From a virus (lineage: Duplodnaviria; Caudoviricetes), in IMG/VR virus record IMGVR_UViG_3300036798_000278, positions 1,546 to 65,545 of that record: 64,000 nucleotides of DNA. One strand, given 5' to 3'. The notes under the pieces are model-generated. The model saw only the letters and a program-made list of their open reading frames with translations, was not told the origin of the DNA and made no database searches. The position numbers were made by a program, and so were the translations under genes. Of the stretch, positions 62,128-64,000 are shown piece after piece. Numbering within the stretch: the stretch's first letter is position 1; the number at the start of each line of letters is the position of its first letter.

Positions 62128-63165
62128 ATGGCAAGTCCGAATACCAATTGGTCGGAAATCACGACCACGACCCTCTATAACCGCTCGCGCAAGCTGGCGG
62201 ACAACGTCACGAAAAACAATGCTTTGCTCGCTCGATTGTCCGAGAAGGGCAAGGTTAAGACCTTCGACGGCGGTCAAGCGATCGTCCAAGAGCTGGAATA
62301 CTCGGAAAACGGCACTTACAAGCGCTATTCCGGGTATGACATCCTGAATATTACGCCGTCCGACGTTTTCACTGCGGCGCAATACCCGATCGCGCAAGCC
62401 GCGGTAGCAGTTTCCATTTCCGGCCTGGAAATGCTGCAAAACGCCGGCCGCGAGCAGATGATCAATCTGCTGGAGGCCCGCATCGGCAATGCCGAACGCA
62501 CTTTCGAGAACAACCTGTCGAGTGACTGCTACAGCAACGGCACCGCAGACGGCGGGAAGCAGGTTGGCGGACTTCAGCTATTGGTGGCTGATGTTCCGAC
62601 CTCCGGTACTGTCGGCGGGATCAGCCGCAGCCAATGGCCGTTCTGGCAAAACAATGTCGGATCGTTTGCCACAGCCGGCCTGACGCCGGGAGCGGCGACG
62701 ATGCAGACGATGATGAATCGCACATGGTTGGCTCAGGTGCGGCAGGCGGATCGCCCGGACATCGCCATCGCCGACAATGTGTTCTTCCGGTTTTACTGGG
62801 AATCGCTGCAGGCAATTCAGCGCATCACGAACGAGCGTTTAGGTGAGGCGGGATACGCCAATCTCAAATTCATGGATTGCGATGTGGTGTTCGACGGCGG
62901 CTTCCAAGGCGTCGCGGCCGGTCAGGGAACGGGCGTCATCGACGGCGCGGGCCACACGTGGACATCGGGCTCCGGCGCCCCGGCCAACCATATGTACTTC
63001 CTCAATACGGAGTACATTTTCTTCCGGCCGCACCGCGAACGCGACATGGTCCCGCTCGATCCGGACCGTTTCAGCGTCAATCAGGACGCAATGGTCAAGC
63101 TGATCGGCTGGGCCGGAAACCTTTGCATGTCCAATGCGTTCCTTCAAGGCGTTTTGACAAACTGA
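62128..63165 (+). CDS. Major capsid protein
   Basis: EITTTTLYNRSRKLADNVTKNNALL.RL..KG..KTFDGG..IVQELEY.EN...YSGYD.L...WAGNL..SN. Confidence 0.93.
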   Translation: MASPNTNWSEITTTTLYNRSRKLADNVTKNNALLARLSEKGKVKTFDGGQAIVQELEYSENGTYKRYSGYDILNITPSDVFTAAQYPIAQAAVAVSISGLEMLQNAGREQMINLLEARIGNAERTFENNLSSDCYSNGTADGGKQVGGLQLLVADVPTSGTVGGISRSQWPFWQNNVGSFATAGLTPGAATMQTMMNRTWLAQVRQADRPDIAIADNVFFRFYWESLQAIQRITNERLGEAGYANLKFMDCDVVFDGGFQGVAAGQGTGVIDGAGHTWTSGSGAPANHMYFLNTEYIFFRPHRERDMVPLDPDRFSVNQDAMVKLIGWAGNLCMSNAFLQGVLTN

Positions 63166-63251
63166 GGATGGCTGAATAGTTTGGGTTTGACTTAGCTGGC
63201 AATGAATGTCAAATTGGGCGCTCCGATGACTTTTTATCAGGAGCCGATAAT

Positions 63252-63845
63252 ATGGCGCTCAATCTCGAAGGCAAGCGGTTCGGCAAACTTCTTGTGGTCC
63301 GTCGATTGCGGGGCGGGATATGGATTTGCCAATGCGATTGCGGCGGTGTCTCGTTTCCGTCCACGAGCAATCTGCAGACGGGAAACAGCAAGTCTTGCGG
63401 CTGTTCCCGCGATCTTGCTCGACATAAGCACGGCAAAGCTAACACGCCGGAGCATCGCGTGTGGATGTCGATGCGGGTTCGGTGTCTCAATCCGGACAAT
63501 GACGCCTACCGGAATTATGGCGGCAGAGGCATCACAATCGCCCCGGAATGGGACGATTTTCGCGCGTTCTTGCGAGATATGGGACCAAAGCCGACGCCGA
63601 AGCATCAGCTCGACCGGGTCGATAACAGCAAAGGCTACAGCAAAGAAAATTGTCGCTGGACGAGTCGCGTCGAAAACCTCAACAACAAGCGTACCAACCG
63701 CTCGCTTACCTTCAACGGCAAGGCCCAAACTATCGCCCAATGGGCCGCAGAAGCCGGCATGAACTATCGCACTCTAAACAACCGCATCAACCGTGGCTGG
63801 CCGGTCGAGCGCGCGTTAACCGAGCCAGTGCTGAAGGAAATCTAA
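63252..63845 (+). CDS. Free-standing HNH homing endonuclease
   Basis: WICQCDCG, SCGC, YGGRGI, LDRVDNSKGYSKENCRW...NNKR. Confidence 0.9.
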   Translation: MALNLEGKRFGKLLVVRRLRGGIWICQCDCGGVSFPSTSNLQTGNSKSCGCSRDLARHKHGKANTPEHRVWMSMRVRCLNPDNDAYRNYGGRGITIAPEWDDFRAFLRDMGPKPTPKHQLDRVDNSKGYSKENCRWTSRVENLNNKRTNRSLTFNGKAQTIAQWAAEAGMNYRTLNNRINRGWPVERALTEPVLKEI

Positions 63846-63846
63846 C

Positions 63847-64000
63847 ATGTTTGTTCCAGTAGAATCCCGCTTCGGCATTCAGCCGATTGCGTTTGTCAAT
63901 GTCCCGAACACCACGCTGCAGTCGGGACAGACGCCGCTCGCCAATCAGGAGCATCCGCTCGGTTCCATCATCCGGGCCTATGACCCGGTTTACGGCGAGG
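63847..64000 (+). CDS. Capsid decoration/cement protein, 3'-truncated by the window edge
   Basis: MFVPVESRFGIQPIA...HPLGSIIRAYDPVYGE; follows the capsid gene. Confidence 0.65.
   Translation, partial: MFVPVESRFGIQPIAFVNVPNTTLQSGQTPLANQEHPLGSIIRAYDPVYGE

Larger units (their letters stand above)
1..64000. mobile_element. Near-complete temperate podovirus-like phage genome, circularly permuted, non-integrated (intact attP)
   Basis: Full set of head, tail, ejection, lysis, integration, immunity, replication and packaging modules; no host housekeeping genes; attP with both arms is internal. Confidence 0.93.

Noticed and set aside
1-64000. Diversity-generating retroelement as in BPP-1
   Set aside because: No reverse transcriptase ORF and no adenine-mismatched TR/VR repeat pair was seen near the fibre genes.

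Overview
This window is almost the whole genome of a temperate, short-tailed (P22/BPP-1-like podovirus-type) phage, most likely infecting an alphaproteobacterium (GcrA-like gene, alphaproteobacterial-type Cro, tRNA-Lys attP). It is circularly permuted. It opens in the head/tail accessory genes, then runs through adaptor, nozzle, GNAT, three DNA-ejection proteins, a ~15 kb receptor-binding region, lysis genes, an intact attP with a tyrosine integrase, recombination genes (Sak, Gp157), the CI/Cro switch, replication, terminase, portal, scaffold and major capsid protein. Three things stand out. (1) Every gene in the tail-fibre/tailspike position (7 tandem genes at 13543-27767, plus one fibre at 54699) has an N-terminal Sec-type signal peptide and is cysteine-rich, with even Cys counts wherever I counted. 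This suggests virion appendages exported and folded in the periplasm, or a secreted adhesin/glycanase complex built from phage fibre parts. (2) The portal gene is split in two by a 35-codon ORF that overlaps both halves. (3) Small accessory genes sit between short duplicated junction sequences: copies of the attP arm site, a 23-bp repeat, and duplicated 5' or 3' ends of core genes, giving cassette-like arrays. All family assignments come from motif recognition by eye; no database search was run.
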